NCBI RefSeq assembly: GCF_036321535.1
Contig: NC_087436.1
Span: forward strand, 76,634,001-76,698,000
Origin: Camelus dromedarius
Lineage: Eukaryota
Length of the DNA: 64,000 nt
Direction of reading: 5' to 3'
Shown: positions 27,313 through 41,488 of the stretch, in pieces
How positions within the stretch are numbered: position 1 is the stretch's first letter
Layout of the letters: each line of letters starts with the position of its first letter
Translations under genes and position numbers: made by a program
Notes under the pieces: model-generated
The model's input: only the letters and a program-made list of their open reading frames with translations
Database searches by the model: none
What the model was told of the DNA's origin: nothing

Positions 27313-28394
27313 ATTTTATTATAGAAGAATAAGTGGGTGCATTTCTGGACATTTATCTTTGAAGTTCAATAAAAGCAAATGAGGCACTTCCTTAACAACT
27401 AATCTCTCACAATTCTACTGTAAAATCATGCTATTATTTCCAATGTGAAAAAGCTATATACTCACTTGCTAGGTTTAAAGATACTAACCAAAGGCAATAA
27501 TGAAAATTTCACTAGTTTTTTTAAAATTGAAAGAAAATTGAATCTCAGGCACAACATACTTATTTCGTGCTTTTTCCCATCAAAGAGAAGATTTCAATGA
27601 AACTCAAAAAAAGTAATTGTGTTACATCATTTTAGAACAAAATAATAATTATCTTTTAAAAAGAGCAAAATTCTTGCTCAGAAATTAAAAAAAATTGACA
27701 CAATAAATCATTTTTGAAAAATTTATCCTACACACATTCTCACACACACATATAAACCTGTATCAATCAGAATTTTTCCAGTGGAATACTCTGCAACTTT
27801 ATTAGAAGTTGATCTGTACCTTTTCATAGGGAAATGAAATAGAGACTCTGTTGTAAAGTAAAGGTAAATTTTATTTTACATTCCAACCTGTACTTAAAAA
27901 TCTGTATAATTTATATTTATATCAATAGATATATGTGTTTTTAGGTGAGAGTTTTCTCAAGGAATCCCCAAGAAATTTTTGATCATAGCTACTTCTGGAG
28001 AGTGGGGCAAGGGGATGGAGTGAGAACAGGCATATTCAGATGCCATGAGCATTTCATCTCGCACAGGAAGGAGACAGTTAAGACAACTTGAAAGTGAACA
28101 GCGAGTCACATTTTTTGACTCAGTGATATCAATGCTCTTTTCCTAGCAAATGATTAAAGTTTAGGTGCATCCCTCAAACTCAGATACAGGGCTTAGTGGA
28201 AGGACAAGTGGGAGATTTAGGCTTTTGAAATAAAAGAAGCCACCTTCTATTTACCTGAAAAGCAGAGCACAAATTAAATAAGGGTGGTCATCACGACTTA
28301 ATGTGATTAGTTTTAGATCCTAGCTTAAAACAAAAGGTGTTGGAATCAAACTTCAGTAAAGCTTAAAAGAAAGCTGAAATCTGACTGGCAAAAT

Positions 28395-28800
28395 TACTCA
28401 TTCATACATCTATTCAACAAGTACTTGTTGGTACCTACTATATTGCAAGCCTTTTCTACAAACAGGGAGATAGTGAAAAATCCAAATCCCTGCTATCATG
28501 TAGTTTACATTCTTGTGGAATATGTTTTTGCTGAAAAAACAAATAAAAAACTGTGTATCATGTTAAGTGCCCCGAAGGAATAAAACAGGGCACTAGATTA
28601 AACAGTAATGGTCAGAAAAGACCTCTTGAAGGAGTGACATTTAAATTGAGAGTTAGTCATATTAAAATATGGAGAATGAGTGTTCCAAGGAGAGGAATCA
28701 GCTGGGGATAAAGGCCCTGAAAACTAGGCAGAAGGATCTCACTCGGCATGCTCAGGGAACAAGAAAGCCAGCTGCCAGGACTAGAATTTCAGTAGAGGAA
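28395..28800 (-). mobile_element. L2 3' end
   Basis: tcattcatacatctattcaacaagtacttgttggtacctactatattgcaagc…tccctgctatcatgtagtttacattct…ggtcagaaaagacctcttgaaggagtgacattt. Confidence 0.8.
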
Positions 28801-29864
28801 AGCAAGGTGAGGAAGAGGAACAATTAAAATCCCTGCATCCTGTTCACATCCGTGACTTAATTGTAATTATATTTGAATAAAAATGCTGTATTGCTATTGA
28901 ATCTTTCCTATGAATCTTTATGCTCTTTGAAAAGCATAAAGCTGAAATTACTGTGAGTATTCTATTATGCTTTGGGGATATTTTTTCCCTGTTAATCAAT
29001 AATTAAGATGGTTTTGAATAATTGCAGCTCATCTCTATTCAAGTATGAAGAAAGCCTATATATAGGTATGGTTGGATATAAAGAAAGTAGTTAAAACAAC
29101 TTATTATAGAATGTGGGAAACTTTGATGGAACTGGGAGGTCTGTGGCAAGATGAACTGCCAACCAAGTAGGGTGCGTTCGGCTTTGATTATAGTTCTCTT
29201 CTTGAAGGAGTGTTTTCTTATAAATTGAAATTTAGAAGAAATGTGTGTGTTGGCAAGGCTCTGGATTCATCCATCTAAAAGCTGAATACTTGAAAGATAG
29301 CCTAGGAGTAGTATCAATGTGAGTGTAGCATTTGCCAACTTAAATCTCACCATTGAATAAACAGATGGAGAGAAAAATTACTGAACGGTATAAATGTCAC
29401 CTTCACTTTTTAGATACAAGCAGAGAAATGTGTGCCTGCTTGCTTAGAAGAGTCTTACTGGACAGATGTCTGCTCAGATCCAGCCTATTTATTGGAGGGC
29501 AGTCTCGGCTCTCATTTTGTATTTTAATCACTGTGTCAATTTTAAAAGGGCAGTTCTCATTATATAAACATTTGGAAGTTATAAAGCTGAAAGGTCAGGG
29601 TGTAGACAAGACAAAGATAACATGCCACTGGCTGGCATACACTTCCATGAGCAAAACTTTCCTCCCAGGAAGTTCAGTGCTCAGATGTGAAGGTTCTAGA
29701 ACGTAGGAATCATTGTTTACCATTTTTCTGTTTCTCCCGCAAAATGATTTAACTTGTATGTGGAGAGTTACATCTATCTTTCTACCCAAAGATTAGGGAA
29801 GCTAGAATTTTGCAATAAAACTTTATAACAATATCACTTTGATTCAATCAGACATCTTCATGTA

Positions 29865-30110
29865 GAATAATAATCATAATTGCCACTGTTTATTTACCAA
29901 TAATTATGTAGCAATCGTTCTCTCTGTGCTACATCATTAATTCCTACCACATCCTTGTGAGGTGGGTATTTTCATCACCAACATACAGAAATAGAAATTA
30001 GGATTTAGAGAAATTGAGCAATTTTCTCTATTATTGTAATAGATCTAACACTTGAACCCAGGCCTGTGTAACTTCAAAACTAGGATATTAAACTATATAT
30101 TACACTCTCT
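29865..30110 (-). mobile_element. MIR SINE
   Basis: attaattcctaccacatccttgtgaggtgggtattttcatcacc…cacttgaacccaggcctgtgtaacttcaaa. Confidence 0.7.
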
Positions 30111-30644
30111 CCTTTATAAGGATTGCTTGAGCTGAGGATTTTATGAAAGATGCAGTAAAATTTATACTGCAGGATTCAAGAAAAAACACCTGAAGCACAA
30201 AGGAAGTATCACACACCTTTGACATCACTTTATCACTTTTATCTAAAAGGAGCAATATAAACTGAAAACTTTAAAAAGTATTGACTGGCCTCTTAGTTAC
30301 ATATAGCATAATAAAGTTTTTTTCCTCATTCCTTTTTTTAAAAATTTAAGGAAAATAATAAATATTTAAAATACAGAAAATCTGAAACTCAAAGCATACT
30401 TGCAAAATACTATAAAATCTGGACCAAAATGCAGAAGAAAGATGAGACTTGGCCTATTTTTCTCATACTTTTCTTAAAATTAAGAAACGTTATGTCAAGT
30501 GGCCTGTACAAATACCTCTTGCGGAGAGAAACAAGAACTAGGGGTACATGTGTATCACAGTGGATAAGACCATGTTAGAGACTTTGTGTGAGACCGCAGA
30601 ATGTGAAGGGAATTGGAACTGGAGGAGAAAGTGTGTTGTTCCGT

Positions 30645-33600
30645 CAGTAATTAATAGAACAAGTGGTCAAAAAAATTAAGCAGTATAGAGAATATTTAAA
30701 TAATAATATCAACTATCTTACTTTACTTGACATTAATAAACACATATGTTCCTTTTCCAGTGTACAAAGGATGTTATCAAGATAGAACATATGCTGGGCC
30801 AAGAAAAAAATCCTCAATAAATATCAAGAAAACAAGTTTTTCAAAGTAAGTTTTCTTATCACAGCAGAATAAATTAGAAGTGGCTAACAACAGTATTCCT
30901 AGAAAAGCTGCAAACACCTGTAAATAACACACTCTTAAATAAGCTTTAGGTCAAAAAAGAAATAAGAAAGAAATTGGATAATTAGAAAAGATTTGAATTA
31001 GAAAATATCAGAATTTCGGGCTATAACTAGTCATGAAGATTTATTAGAAAGGAAGAAAGCACTAAGTCAATGGCCTAATATTTCACCTTAAGGCTCTAGA
31101 AAAAGAATAGCAAATAAAACCCAATTGAAGTAGAAGGAAAAATAAAATAAAATCAGAAAGGCAGAAATGAATGAACTAGAGAAAATAATTACAATAGAGA
31201 AAAATCAACAAAGTCATGGGTCAGTTATTAGAATTCTAAGATTAATTAAATTGATAGACTCCAAGAAAGAATGCCCCCTCAAAGGGAATGAACACAAATT
31301 GCCAGTAATAGTGATGAAAGAATAGACAAGAGTCAGATCTTGGATATAATTAAAAAAAAAAATTAAGGATGAACTGTAAGGAAACAACTTTACACAAATT
31401 TGACACTATAGTTGAGATAAACAAATTCCTTGGAAAAGCAAATTACCAGTGTTGACAGAAAAAGATATAGATAATTTAATGATCCCTAAGTCTATTAAAT
31501 AAATTAAATCCATTGTTATAAATGTCCCCACAAGGAAAGCACCAGATCCAGATGGTTTTGCCAGTGCATTTTTCCACAGTTTTAAGCAAAAATAATTTAC
31601 CAAAATTATTTCAGGAATTATAAGAAAGGAGCACTCATGTATGGATCCAAGGCCATCTTTACACAAAAACTGATAAGGATATTAAAAGAAAAAAAAAATC
31701 ACAGACTATTTTTTTTCATAATTATAGGTGAAAAAACTCAAAGCAAAACATTAGAAAATTGAATACAACAATATAGGGAAAATGAGTTTACTCAGAATAT
31801 AAAGTTGACTTACTATTAGAAAATAAATAAGCAAAAAGATAAAATGTGTAGTATAATCTCAATAGATGCAAAAAAGCACTTACAAAATTCAACATTTACA
31901 TACAACAATAAATAACTCCCTCAATCTTTGAAAGATTATGGAGATGTACCAAGTACCCTACTTAATAATAAATTACTGAAAGTTTTTCTCCTAAGGTTGA
32001 GAATGAGAATGGATGTTTGTTATCACCATTTTAGTGCTGCTAAAGTAGTATTGCTAGTCCTAGGTGTTGAAAAAAAGGACAAAAAAGAAATACAAGTTAT
32101 ACGTATTGGAATGGAAGAATTAAAGCTGTAGTTATTCAGAGACAGCTTGGTTGGCTATATAGAAAGTCTGAAAGAATCTACAGAAAAATTTTTTGAATTA
32201 ATAAATCTCTAGAAATAAATACAGTAAATATGTATAAGACCTCCACACACACACACCCCACCAAAAAATCACAAGAATACTAGGTGAATTAAAGAAGATT
32301 TAATATATGCAAGGCTATACCATGTTCATAGTTTGGAAGATTAAGTATTGTAAAACTATCAATTGTCATTCAGTTGAGTCATAGTTGATTCAGTTTATTG
32401 AACTGAGTGAAAACTGATGAGATGATAATAAAATTTATATGGAAATGAAAAGGCCCAAGAATGGCCAAGGAGTTCTTGGAGAAGAACAAAGCTGGAAGTT
32501 GCAATGCTAGATGTCAAGATATAGTACAAAGCGTTAATAATAAGGAAAATATGGTAATGATGCAAGGAAAATGAAATAGACCAGTGAAACAGAATTGAGA
32601 GAAAAGAAAGCAGCATTTCTTTTATCATCTAGATGGCTACTTATTGCATTGCTGAAAAGATGCCTTTTCAATAAATGGTGCTGGGTAAATTGAATATTCC
32701 TATTAAAAAATGAATCATAACCACTACCTCACTTCATATGCAAAAATATAGTCAAAAGCTAAATGTTAAAGTTAAAACCATAAAGCTTTTCAGAGGAAAT
32801 CACAGGACAATATCCTCATGAATTTGGAGAAATTTTTATGTCATTATTTCCTAGTGTAGGCAAATAAAAACAAAAAATATTAACCATAAAGAAAATTAGA
32901 TGACATTATAATTAAGAAATTCTTTTTTATGAAAAGACATCATTAGAAGAGTAAAAACAGTAGAATATATTTGAACTATATATAGTTAACAAAATATTAC
33001 TATACAGAATATATAAAGAGCATCAACAAATCAATATGAAAAATGCATACAATGGAACACAACAGAAGGGAAAATGTGCAAAATACTTGGAGATACTTTA
33101 CAAAAGAGAACATCCAAATGGCCAATAAACAGACAAAATGCATTCATTTTTCAATAGCATTCAAATTACAACTATAATGTAATTTATCTTTACACCCACC
33201 AGAATGGCTAAAATAAAAGAGACTTTTTTTTTAATGGAGCAACTGGAACTATCATACACTGATAGTGGAAGTATAAATTCATAAAAGAACTTTGGAAATT
33301 TGTTCGACAAAATTGACTAAAATTGAGCATGTGCATACCTTATGACTTAGCAGTTGCACTCCTAGGTACAAATCTAAGCGAAAATACATGAATCAAATGT
33401 TCACCAAAGGACACAGGCAACAATGCTTATAGCAACTTTTTTACAATGACCTCAAACTCGAAACAACCTAATGTCCATCTATAATAGGATGGATAAATAA
33501 ATCGAGATATACTCATACAATGGGAAACTAAAGAACAAGAATGAACAATTTACCATTGTAAGAATAAGAAAGATGAATCTCACAAACAATATTGAACAAA

Positions 33601-33730
33601 ATAAGCCAGTTGCAAAAGACTATGTAGTATATGATTCCATTGATACTCAGTTCAATCCAGTAAGCTACCTGGGGTCTCAGAAGTTAGGGCCATGGTTATG
33701 TTGATAGGATGGAGGAGCAGATGGAAGGGG
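30645..33730 (+). mobile_element. L1M ORF2 plus 3'UTR (degenerate, ~3 kb)
   Basis: Colinear ORF2 landmarks: catatgctgggcc; aaagcaccagatccagatggttttgccagtgcatttttcca (GPDGF-like); atctcaatagatgcaaaaaagcacttacaaaattcaacat (SIDAEKAFDK-like); ttcaataaatggtgctggg; cacccaccagaatggctaaaat. The 3' tail resumes at ~34190-34330 after an LTR insertion. Confidence 0.9.
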
Positions 33731-33734
33731 ACAG

Positions 33735-34180
33735 GCGTCAGCCTCAGTCCTCCAGGAAGCAGATGCTGAGATGGATTAGGACAGCAGTAGGTTTAATGAG
33801 AGGTAACACTTGAAAAACGTAAGTGAGAGGAAAGCATAGTCGAGAAGTGAAAGTCTCTACACCCGCTGCCCCCCTGACAGGCGCGAGAAAACAGAATCGA
33901 GCCAGAAAAGCCTCAGAGGGTAAAGCAGAGCTGAAGGTGTCTCAGCCAATCCGATGGAAAGCTCCGCAAAAGGCCTGCCAAACAGAGGAGCTCTTTGTTG
34001 ACCAGAAATGATCAGGCCCTAAAGACCCCACTGTGTTCCGCGGCCGGCTGGGCTTGCCCCGGGAGGAACGAAGGAGCTGCGGGTCCGGGAAGTGAGCTCT
34101 TGGCGCTCCACGCAGCAGAGAGCGGCTCTTTCCTCACAGACGGATGCGGGCAACACCTCCGCGGCTGCCCGGCCGGAAGG
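33735..34180 (-). mobile_element. ERVL-type LTR (LTR16-group-like) inserted in the L1 3'UTR; CpG-rich
   Basis: gtcctccaggaagcagatgctgagatggattagga…aggtttaatgagaggtaacac resembles the antisense end of LTR16-group LTRs. L1 3'UTR sequence lies on both sides. Confidence 0.6.
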
Positions 34181-34384
34181 GCAGCTTCTGAGTTGCTAGC
34201 AATGTGACTTTTCTTGGCTCCACTTCAGTTTATTCTTCAAGTGAATTCACTTTGTGAAAATGATTTAAGCTGTATGCTCCCAGTTTGTGTATTTTCTGTA
34301 GTTTATTATGCTTTAATAAAAGAATTTACTAAAAGATTAGTCTAATCTCTTCATGTTTGTCATAATATTTTATTCTTACTTGGG

Positions 34385-34565
34385 CTATTTGTTCAGCCCT
34401 GAAAATAAGACTGGTTTTTAAAACTGTCAAGGGTTGTAAATACATCCCCTACCCCCTTCCCCTAAACACACACACGAGGAATATGTGACAGAAACCATGT
34501 GTGGCCCACAGACTAAAATACTTAACTCTCTGGTCCTCTAAGGAAAAAGTTTGCCCATTTCTGCT
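34385..34565. mobile_element. MER58-like hAT-Charlie element
   Basis: gtgacagaaaccatgtgtggcccacagactaaaatacttaactctctggtcctctaaggaaaaagtttgccc. Confidence 0.7.
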
Positions 34566-35569
34566 TCAGAGGGTTCTTCTAGAACTAATATGTCATGTGG
34601 TAAGGAAGTTAATTATCTAAAGTTCAGCATACTTTTCATTTCTTTTCTCTCAAGTATTTTATTTTATTTATTTTAAAATATGACTATAGTATATTAATTT
34701 TTGTTCTACCTATCCTTTTATCTGCAAATAAATATTCTATGTCTAGAATAAAATTCATTTTTAAAAGCCAGTCAACTTCGATATATTGGGATTATGAGTA
34801 ACTTGGGAAGAAATCTTCTTAGGACTTTTCCTAGTTACATGATTTATATAAAATATGACCAGTACATGTCATGGGTTTAGAAGTCAAAATGATATCACAC
34901 ACTCACCCCCCACCCCCCCACACACAATGTGTTATATAGAGCTTACCTGATGATCTTGCTATATGCTGCTTTTCTACCTGGAGATTTACAAGAAACATAG
35001 CAACATGGGATGAAACAGCATAATGTGATTTATAAGAAAAATAGTTCATCATATGTTGAGCTTGGTGTGCTGTTTTCTCAGCAAAAAAGAAACAAATAAG
35101 GAGGAAACTTGAACTCTGAAAGTTGCCACAAACCACAGGCATATCTCTCACTTTAGAAAGACATTTAAGCTCACCTGACACCATGTGATTCTTTCTTGCC
35201 AAATATCTTTCAATCATACTCAAATTGAGTTCACAGAGAATCTTTATGTTCCTAATTAAAACACCCAGAAAGGTAAAAGGCTTAATAGAGCCACAATTAA
35301 GGGACCTTCCTTATGACTTTTTTGTGATCTCTTGTCTACATGAGAGTTTATCATGGACTTGACAGAACTCTAATTCTCGCTTCTTCTTCCAAACCTCTTT
35401 TCTTTACAAAGGGACATTAGAAAAAAATATTAACTACATAATCAAAAGTCATATGTTAAAATATTTTCTATTTGTCCCTGAGAAAATTAGGCATTAATAC
35501 TGAGTCTCCATTCCTCTTTTGGAAAATGAAATGAAAGTTCTGAGAGGCTTTGTGTTCATTCTCTGTTCA

Positions 35570-36123
35570 TAGGAACTTCCACACAACACAAACTTAATAT
35601 CTCTCACTTCCTATAGATCACACATGACAGTTCTCTGCACGGTCTCACCAGGAAAAACCCAGGTGTCAGCTGTCTCTGCAGTTTTCATCTGTGGTTCAGG
35701 ATCCTCTTTAAAGGACATGGGCTGTTGGCAGAATTTATGTCCTTGCTGTTGGTGAGTTGAGTCCTTTGTTTTCCTACTACTGTAAATGTAGGATCACTCC
35801 AGACCTAGAAGCTGCCCACATTCCCTGCCACATGGTCCCTTCATCTGCAAAGCCTGCAGTGGAAGACTCTCCCTCACATCAAATCCCTCTCTTGCTTCAA
35901 ATCTCTGACTTTCTCTGTGTCTGATCTGTAGACCCATAATATTTGAAGGGTTCATGTGATTAGGTCTGGCCCACCAGATAATCTCCCTTTCTTTAAATGA
36001 TGCTACATTACATAATCTAATGATGTAAGTAAAATCTATGAGATTTGCAGTCTCAGGGATAATGTACAAAAATGTACACCAGGAGTGGGGATCTTGGAGG
36101 CTGTTTTAGAATTCTGCCTACTA
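35570..36123 (-). mobile_element. MaLR LTR, MLT1E-like
   Basis: tgttggcagaatt…gctgcccacattccctgccacatggtcccttcatct…gaagggttcatgtgattaggtctggcccaccagataatctccc…ttagaattctgcctacta. Confidence 0.8.
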
Positions 36124-37743
36124 GGGTTGTTTCAAGGATTAAACAAGATAACATGGAAAAACTTTTATCTGAATATCTGGCCCTTAATAGGGATCTAATA
36201 AACTGATTTATTCTGAATATAATATTTGGGGGGGAGGAAAGACAAGTGAACTACTAATCAGTCATCTACTCAGTTGAACTGTAAGAAATCACCCTTTTAT
36301 AAATCAGTAATATTAATAAATCAGCAATTTCACATGGTTCTATTTACTGTATCTGCTCAATAATATATTTCACAAAACATTGAAGAAACACCTCTACACT
36401 GATTTTTAGTCAATAATCCATTCACTCACTTCTTTCATTCATTTGTTGAGCAATTTAGAGCATAAGGAAAGGAACAAGACAACCATCAGCCATCTCTCAC
36501 CCTTAAGACTTTAGGATCTAGTGGGATCTGAGTCCTCATAGATTTTAACAGTGCAGTTGATATTAAACAAAGCTGCTTCTGAGAGAGCGAAAGAAGCAAC
36601 ACATATAGCAGTTTCATGTGTCTAACCTCACGTTGTTTATAATTCTATGACAAAAACAAATGGAAATGATAAATTTAGAAGAAGCTCTGTACTACACAGG
36701 CTCTGTGACAAATGGAGTTTACAGTCTTGGCAAGCAGCCCCCAAGGTTTTCCAGCGTTAGCTGGCATCTCACTTTGGAAATACCTTTCTTAGTTTCTCAG
36801 CAGCAGTTAAGATATGACAAACAATCCTAGTGTCTCCTTTTTTGGCTTCAAATACAATAGCATAAGCATATTTAAACATCTATTTTCTGGCTTCTAAAAT
36901 CCTTTTTCACCTGAGCACTTAATTCATGGCCCTGTGCACCTTACAAGAGTCTCCCAGTGGAGAGTTTTCCAAACTTTCCTGGAAACTGAAAAGCTTCCTT
37001 TGTAACATGATTCAGAATTCTGTCCTTTCCCAATTTGTTTTGCATTATTTCCCTGGTCAGAAGGTGAGCAACTTTTGCTGCAGGTACAGCCTTCTTTCTG
37101 CCTTGTTGATGGCACCTTGGTTGAGGTATATTATGATGGAAAGACAGCTCCCAAATTATTATTAACTTCCTTGTGTTGATATAATTATAATAAAACATAT
37201 GATAAAAGAGAGCTTAGACACAACCTCATACTTTGAATTCTTTTTTATTGTTATAATTAACATACACTATTATATTAGTTTCAGGTGTCAAACTTCTAAT
37301 TCTCATTGCAATATCCTTAAGCAGTTGCCACTCAGTCTCTTCCTGAACACTGATAGAGAATTCACTAGCAGAGAAGTATTGCTCATACTTTTTATTCTTA
37401 ATTTTCAAGCTGAAAAAATAGTGCATTACAATTTCATCATTGCTGAACTTAAGGTCTTTTGTGTTGGTTGTGGTTTAGCAAGAAGAGACTCCCTACCCTC
37501 CCCAGATACACACAGATTAGATTAAATTCCGAATTTAATTAGCCAAGGACACAAATAATTAACAGAAGCAAGATGGACAGAACAAGTTAGAAACAGATGT
37601 AATTTATCTTTTCTGGTGACTCCAGTTCCCAAAAAAAGACAGAAACTGATAACACTTTAAACAGAGTAGAATAATGCGTGCTCTGAGAAAACAGTCTGAT
37701 TTTTCTTACCACAAGACTTTTTTCATACTCAGGGTTTAACATC

Positions 37744-38267
37744 TGCTGTAGGTGGAATAATGACAAGCCCCCTACATCCAGAACGTGAGACTATGTTAAG
37801 TTTCCCAGACAAATGGGAATTAAGATCACAAATGCAATTAAGTTTGCTAATGAGCTGAAGTTAACATGAAGAGATTATTGTGGATCATCCGAGTGAGCCC
37901 AGTATAATCACAGGTGTCCTTTAAAGCAGAAGAGGGAGCAGAAGAGGAAGTTGGGGTGATGTGATATGAGAAGAAATCAATTAGCCTTTGCTGGATTTGA
38001 AGATGGAGACAGTGTCAACAGCCAAGGGATGTGGGTGGCCTTTGAAATCAGAAAAAGGCAAGGAAACAGATTTTCCCCTGGAACCTTGAAAAAGGAATGC
38101 AGCCCTGCAGCACCTTGGTTTTAGTCCAGTGACTGGTTTTAACAGTGACTTGGTTTTAACTCCTGTTGGACCTCTAGCCTACAGAACTATAAGATAATAA
38201 ATTCATGTTATGGTAAGCCACTGAGTTTGTGGTCATTTATTACAGCAGCAAATAGAAAACCAATACA
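37744..38267 (+). mobile_element. MaLR LTR, MLT1D-like
   Basis: ggcaaggaaacagattttcccctggaacc…ggaatgcagccctgcagcaccttggttttagtccagtga…acagaactataagataataaatt…tacagcagcaaatagaaaaccaataca. Confidence 0.85.
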
Positions 38268-38269
38268 CC

Positions 38270-38790
38270 TTAGTTAGGTTGGTTTTAGGCTCCAAAATGA
38301 GGATTTATATAAAAGTGTCTTTTTAGGAAGTGTTCCAGGAAAAATTTAGATAATTAGGGAAGAGGGATCTGGAAGGAAAGGAGACCACACAGGGAGTCAT
38401 AGCAACATAAGTCCCAGGAAGACTTTGGCTCAGTTCCACAGGGGAGCTCTGGAGACAGTGTGGGTCATTTCTCAACATCATCCTCAATCAGATGGCAACA
38501 GGACTGAGTTCTCAGTTCCCCTCTGACAAGACACTGCTTACACACCGCCCATGGTGGTGAGGCTGGAGGAGTAAGCTCCCAGGAGTTCTGAGATCTCTGT
38601 GCAGGTCAGAAAGTGGAATCTAAAAGTTCGTGAGCATCTGCCTGCCAAGAAACACAGGTACTGGCTATTCAGAATAAAAGAATGACTGAGACCTCGTGTG
38701 TATAAACGCATGACTGAGACCTCGTGTATGTAAAATGGCAGAGACCTGAGGGCAGATGGGTGGAGCGCTAGCAGTGTCCTCTACAGGTGC
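38270..38790 (-). mobile_element. ERVL-type LTR (LTR16-group-like)
   Basis: ttaggttggtt…tgaggattt…ttaggaagtgttccaggaaaa…agggaagagggatctggaagg; contains a 28-bp-period local duplication at 38682-38737. Confidence 0.5.
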
Positions 38791-39824
38791 CTGTGCCAGA
38801 ATAGTTTTCTAAAAATCAGTGCGTTTCGCCCTAAATAGTATTAAGACAAATTAGACTTTTCCCTGCTTTTGTATCACATTCAGTGTCTGCAAGGCTACAT
38901 ACAATCCAGGACAAGAAAGCAGAATCAGCACTTCAATGATCCTGAGTGGTATCTTTGCCTTCTCAGGGATCTGCATAATTCTAATTAACCATCATTAAGT
39001 AGTCTGAGTACCTACTGCGTTCTGCGAACAATCTCTGGGACCCTAAGCTATATAACACGCTTCTCAGACTCAGCTGTTATAAACAGTTTTAAATGTATAT
39101 GGATTATCATACTGTGTGAGAACAATCCCACTGTATATTCTGTCATCGCCTTAAAAGCATGATATTACAAAACTCCAAATTTCTAAGAATATACCCTTGC
39201 ACCCCAATTTCTCTCTATTAGTTATTTATAAATAAAATCGATCACATCAGGAGAATTGGCTGCATCACTTTTCTAATGGACATCATCTTTAAAATTATGT
39301 GTTCAAAACTGATTGCTTTCCCCTGTAAATCTTCTTTCCCCAACATCTCTTTCTTTACTAATGACATCATGATTATTCTGGCCTCCCAAATGATACTTAT
39401 CAACTTTGACTTCTTCTTAAACCCTGAATCAAGTTTGCCATTAAGTGTTGGCTAGTTTGCTTTCTCTCTGTCCACAACTGCTGACAGTCTAAATTAAATT
39501 TTTGTTCATGTTGCTATCATAGCCTCGTATATCGAGTCCAGTCTGACGATCAAAAAATGCAAAAACTGTCATTTCCTCCCATACAACTTCCTTGGTTAAG
39601 AATCTGCAACGAGTAGTTTTCCACTGTACCAGGAAATATGCCCCAAATATTGTTTAATGTTTTCTGCATGAGGGGTCAAAAGCCCCAATCTGTCTCTTAT
39701 TACTGAATATTTTTCTGCTTGATGTCACCCTGTTTGTTTCCTTTATAGCCTTTTCACACACAATTTAAAATTACATTTTTGTTTGTTTAATGATTTATTG
39801 GCTATTTCTTTAATTAAACAGTAA

Positions 39825-40447
39825 TGAGACAGGAAGGGGGCAGGGCATAGCCATTCAAGGAATGATACAGCAATTAACATCAAAATGGTGGAAGATTAAC
39901 CTTCAGTAGGCCCTGAGGCTCAAGATGGTGGGAGATTTGACTTCTAGCAGATCTTGAGCATCATTGTAATGTATTAACATGGTAAATAACATGCCCACAG
40001 GCACCATGGCAGTCCCAGAGCTAGCCACAAAAGGTCAAAGAGTGGGAAATGGCCAACTTCCTGGGAATCCCAGCCCCTTCCCCAGGCTAGTTAGACTGGT
40101 CCTTCCACTTAGTAGCATATGAAGCCACCAAGCCGATAAAAACCAGCAACACGGCTCGCTGCCACCACCCTCTATGTCTCCCCCTTCTGAGACGGCCCAC
40201 ACTCTGTCTATGGAGTGTGTACCTACTTTTACTCTAATCTGAGCACCCAACCCCCACACCTCGTGGCCTTTCTCTTGTCTTTTGATGTATCTCTGTAAAT
40301 AAATCTACCTTTACTCAACTGTGGCTCGCTCTTGAATTCTTTCCTTCGCGAAGCCAAGGACCCACACTTGGCAGGGCACGTCCCAGGGCTCAACCAAAGC
40401 CTGGAACGTGGCCCTCCTCACGCCCTACATCCATTTTTTCTGCATCA
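39825..40447 (+). mobile_element. Intact ERV1-class solo LTR (623 bp) inside an L2 tail
   Basis: TG…CA termini (tgagacagg…ctgcatca), perfect 4-bp TSD GTAA (39821-39824 and 40448-40451), AATAAA at ~40298, and U5-like ctcttgaattctttccttcgcgaagccaaggaccc. The flanks rejoin as an L2 3' end. Confidence 0.9.
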
Positions 40448-40829
40448 GTAAGGTCCCCAAAGGCAAGAGTGAGGCCTTTTTATTCAGTGCATATCCTGTA
40501 CCTACTATAGGCTACTGTATGTGCAAATAAAAAGTACTCAGTAAACATCTGTTGATTTAATGGGAAAGGGAAGTAAGGATAAAAGAGAGGGAAAGAAGAG
40601 GAAGGAATTATTCTCCTGGTCTCCTCACTTGACTGCCATGCCCACCTCCTTCCTTCTCCACCCCTACCTCGCGCACATACTTCAGAATAATTCTTATCTC
40701 TGTCTTTTTTTAACGCTGCATCTCTACCCTTGATACCTCCCTGCTTTCTTTCTAAATCAAATCTGTGGAGCTGGCTAGAGCTTCCTGAAGCCGCTCTAAA
40801 GTTCATAAAATCCCCATTCCAGGGCTCTC

Positions 40830-41283
40830 TGTGTGCCTTGAGCCCGGTGACACCTTAACCCCACTCCCCACTGCAGGACCCTTGCATACCTGCATTTCTG
40901 CAAGATAAAAGCATTTTCTCTGGATGTGTGTTTACCCTAATAAAACTAACCGCCCCAGGAAACTGCGCCTCACAATGCCCCAGGCAGATGTCCAGTCCTT
41001 ATCAGAGTTGTAAATCGGGTATTCAGAGTAGTACCTGACAGATCTTACAACCAATCAGGTACCTATGCACAAATCAATCATGCAGCCCCCTACCCCTTGT
41101 GTTTACAGCCCCTTCCCCTCAATAAAAAACCCTATATTCACCTGGTTGCTCACACAGGCACCTCTTGTCTGCGTGGCTCACTGTCGCCTGTAACAGCGTG
41201 TCTATAAAACTTTCCCTTTGTTCTAAACCCTCTAAATCCTCTTCTTTCACCACCTGTGCTCTGGCCTGCCATTTCCCCCAACA
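40830..41283 (+). mobile_element. Probable LTR (family not recognised)
   Basis: CCAAT (accaatcagg ~41050), TATA/polyA-like aataaaaaaccctatat and ctataaaac, and a terminus ttcccccaaca. Confidence 0.5.
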
Positions 41284-41488
41284 AAATCTGGTCACAGCCC
41301 ACGTCCCAGCATATCTTAGTTTTCCTGATTCCTGCACACTTTTCCTTTCCAACCGGAGACATTTCTCATATTTGATGTCTCTTGTAGTCATCTGGATAAT
41401 TTTGAGTACTTGGTTATATCTTTTCTTATGTTGCCATCTAATCGTTTGAGTATTTGATATTGTTTCTGCAAAGAAATAATTCCTCTAC

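Noticed and set aside
38682..38737. Direct repeat atgactgagacctcgtgt x2 (28-bp period)
   Set aside because: Only two copies, a simple local tandem duplication within an old LTR; not an array.
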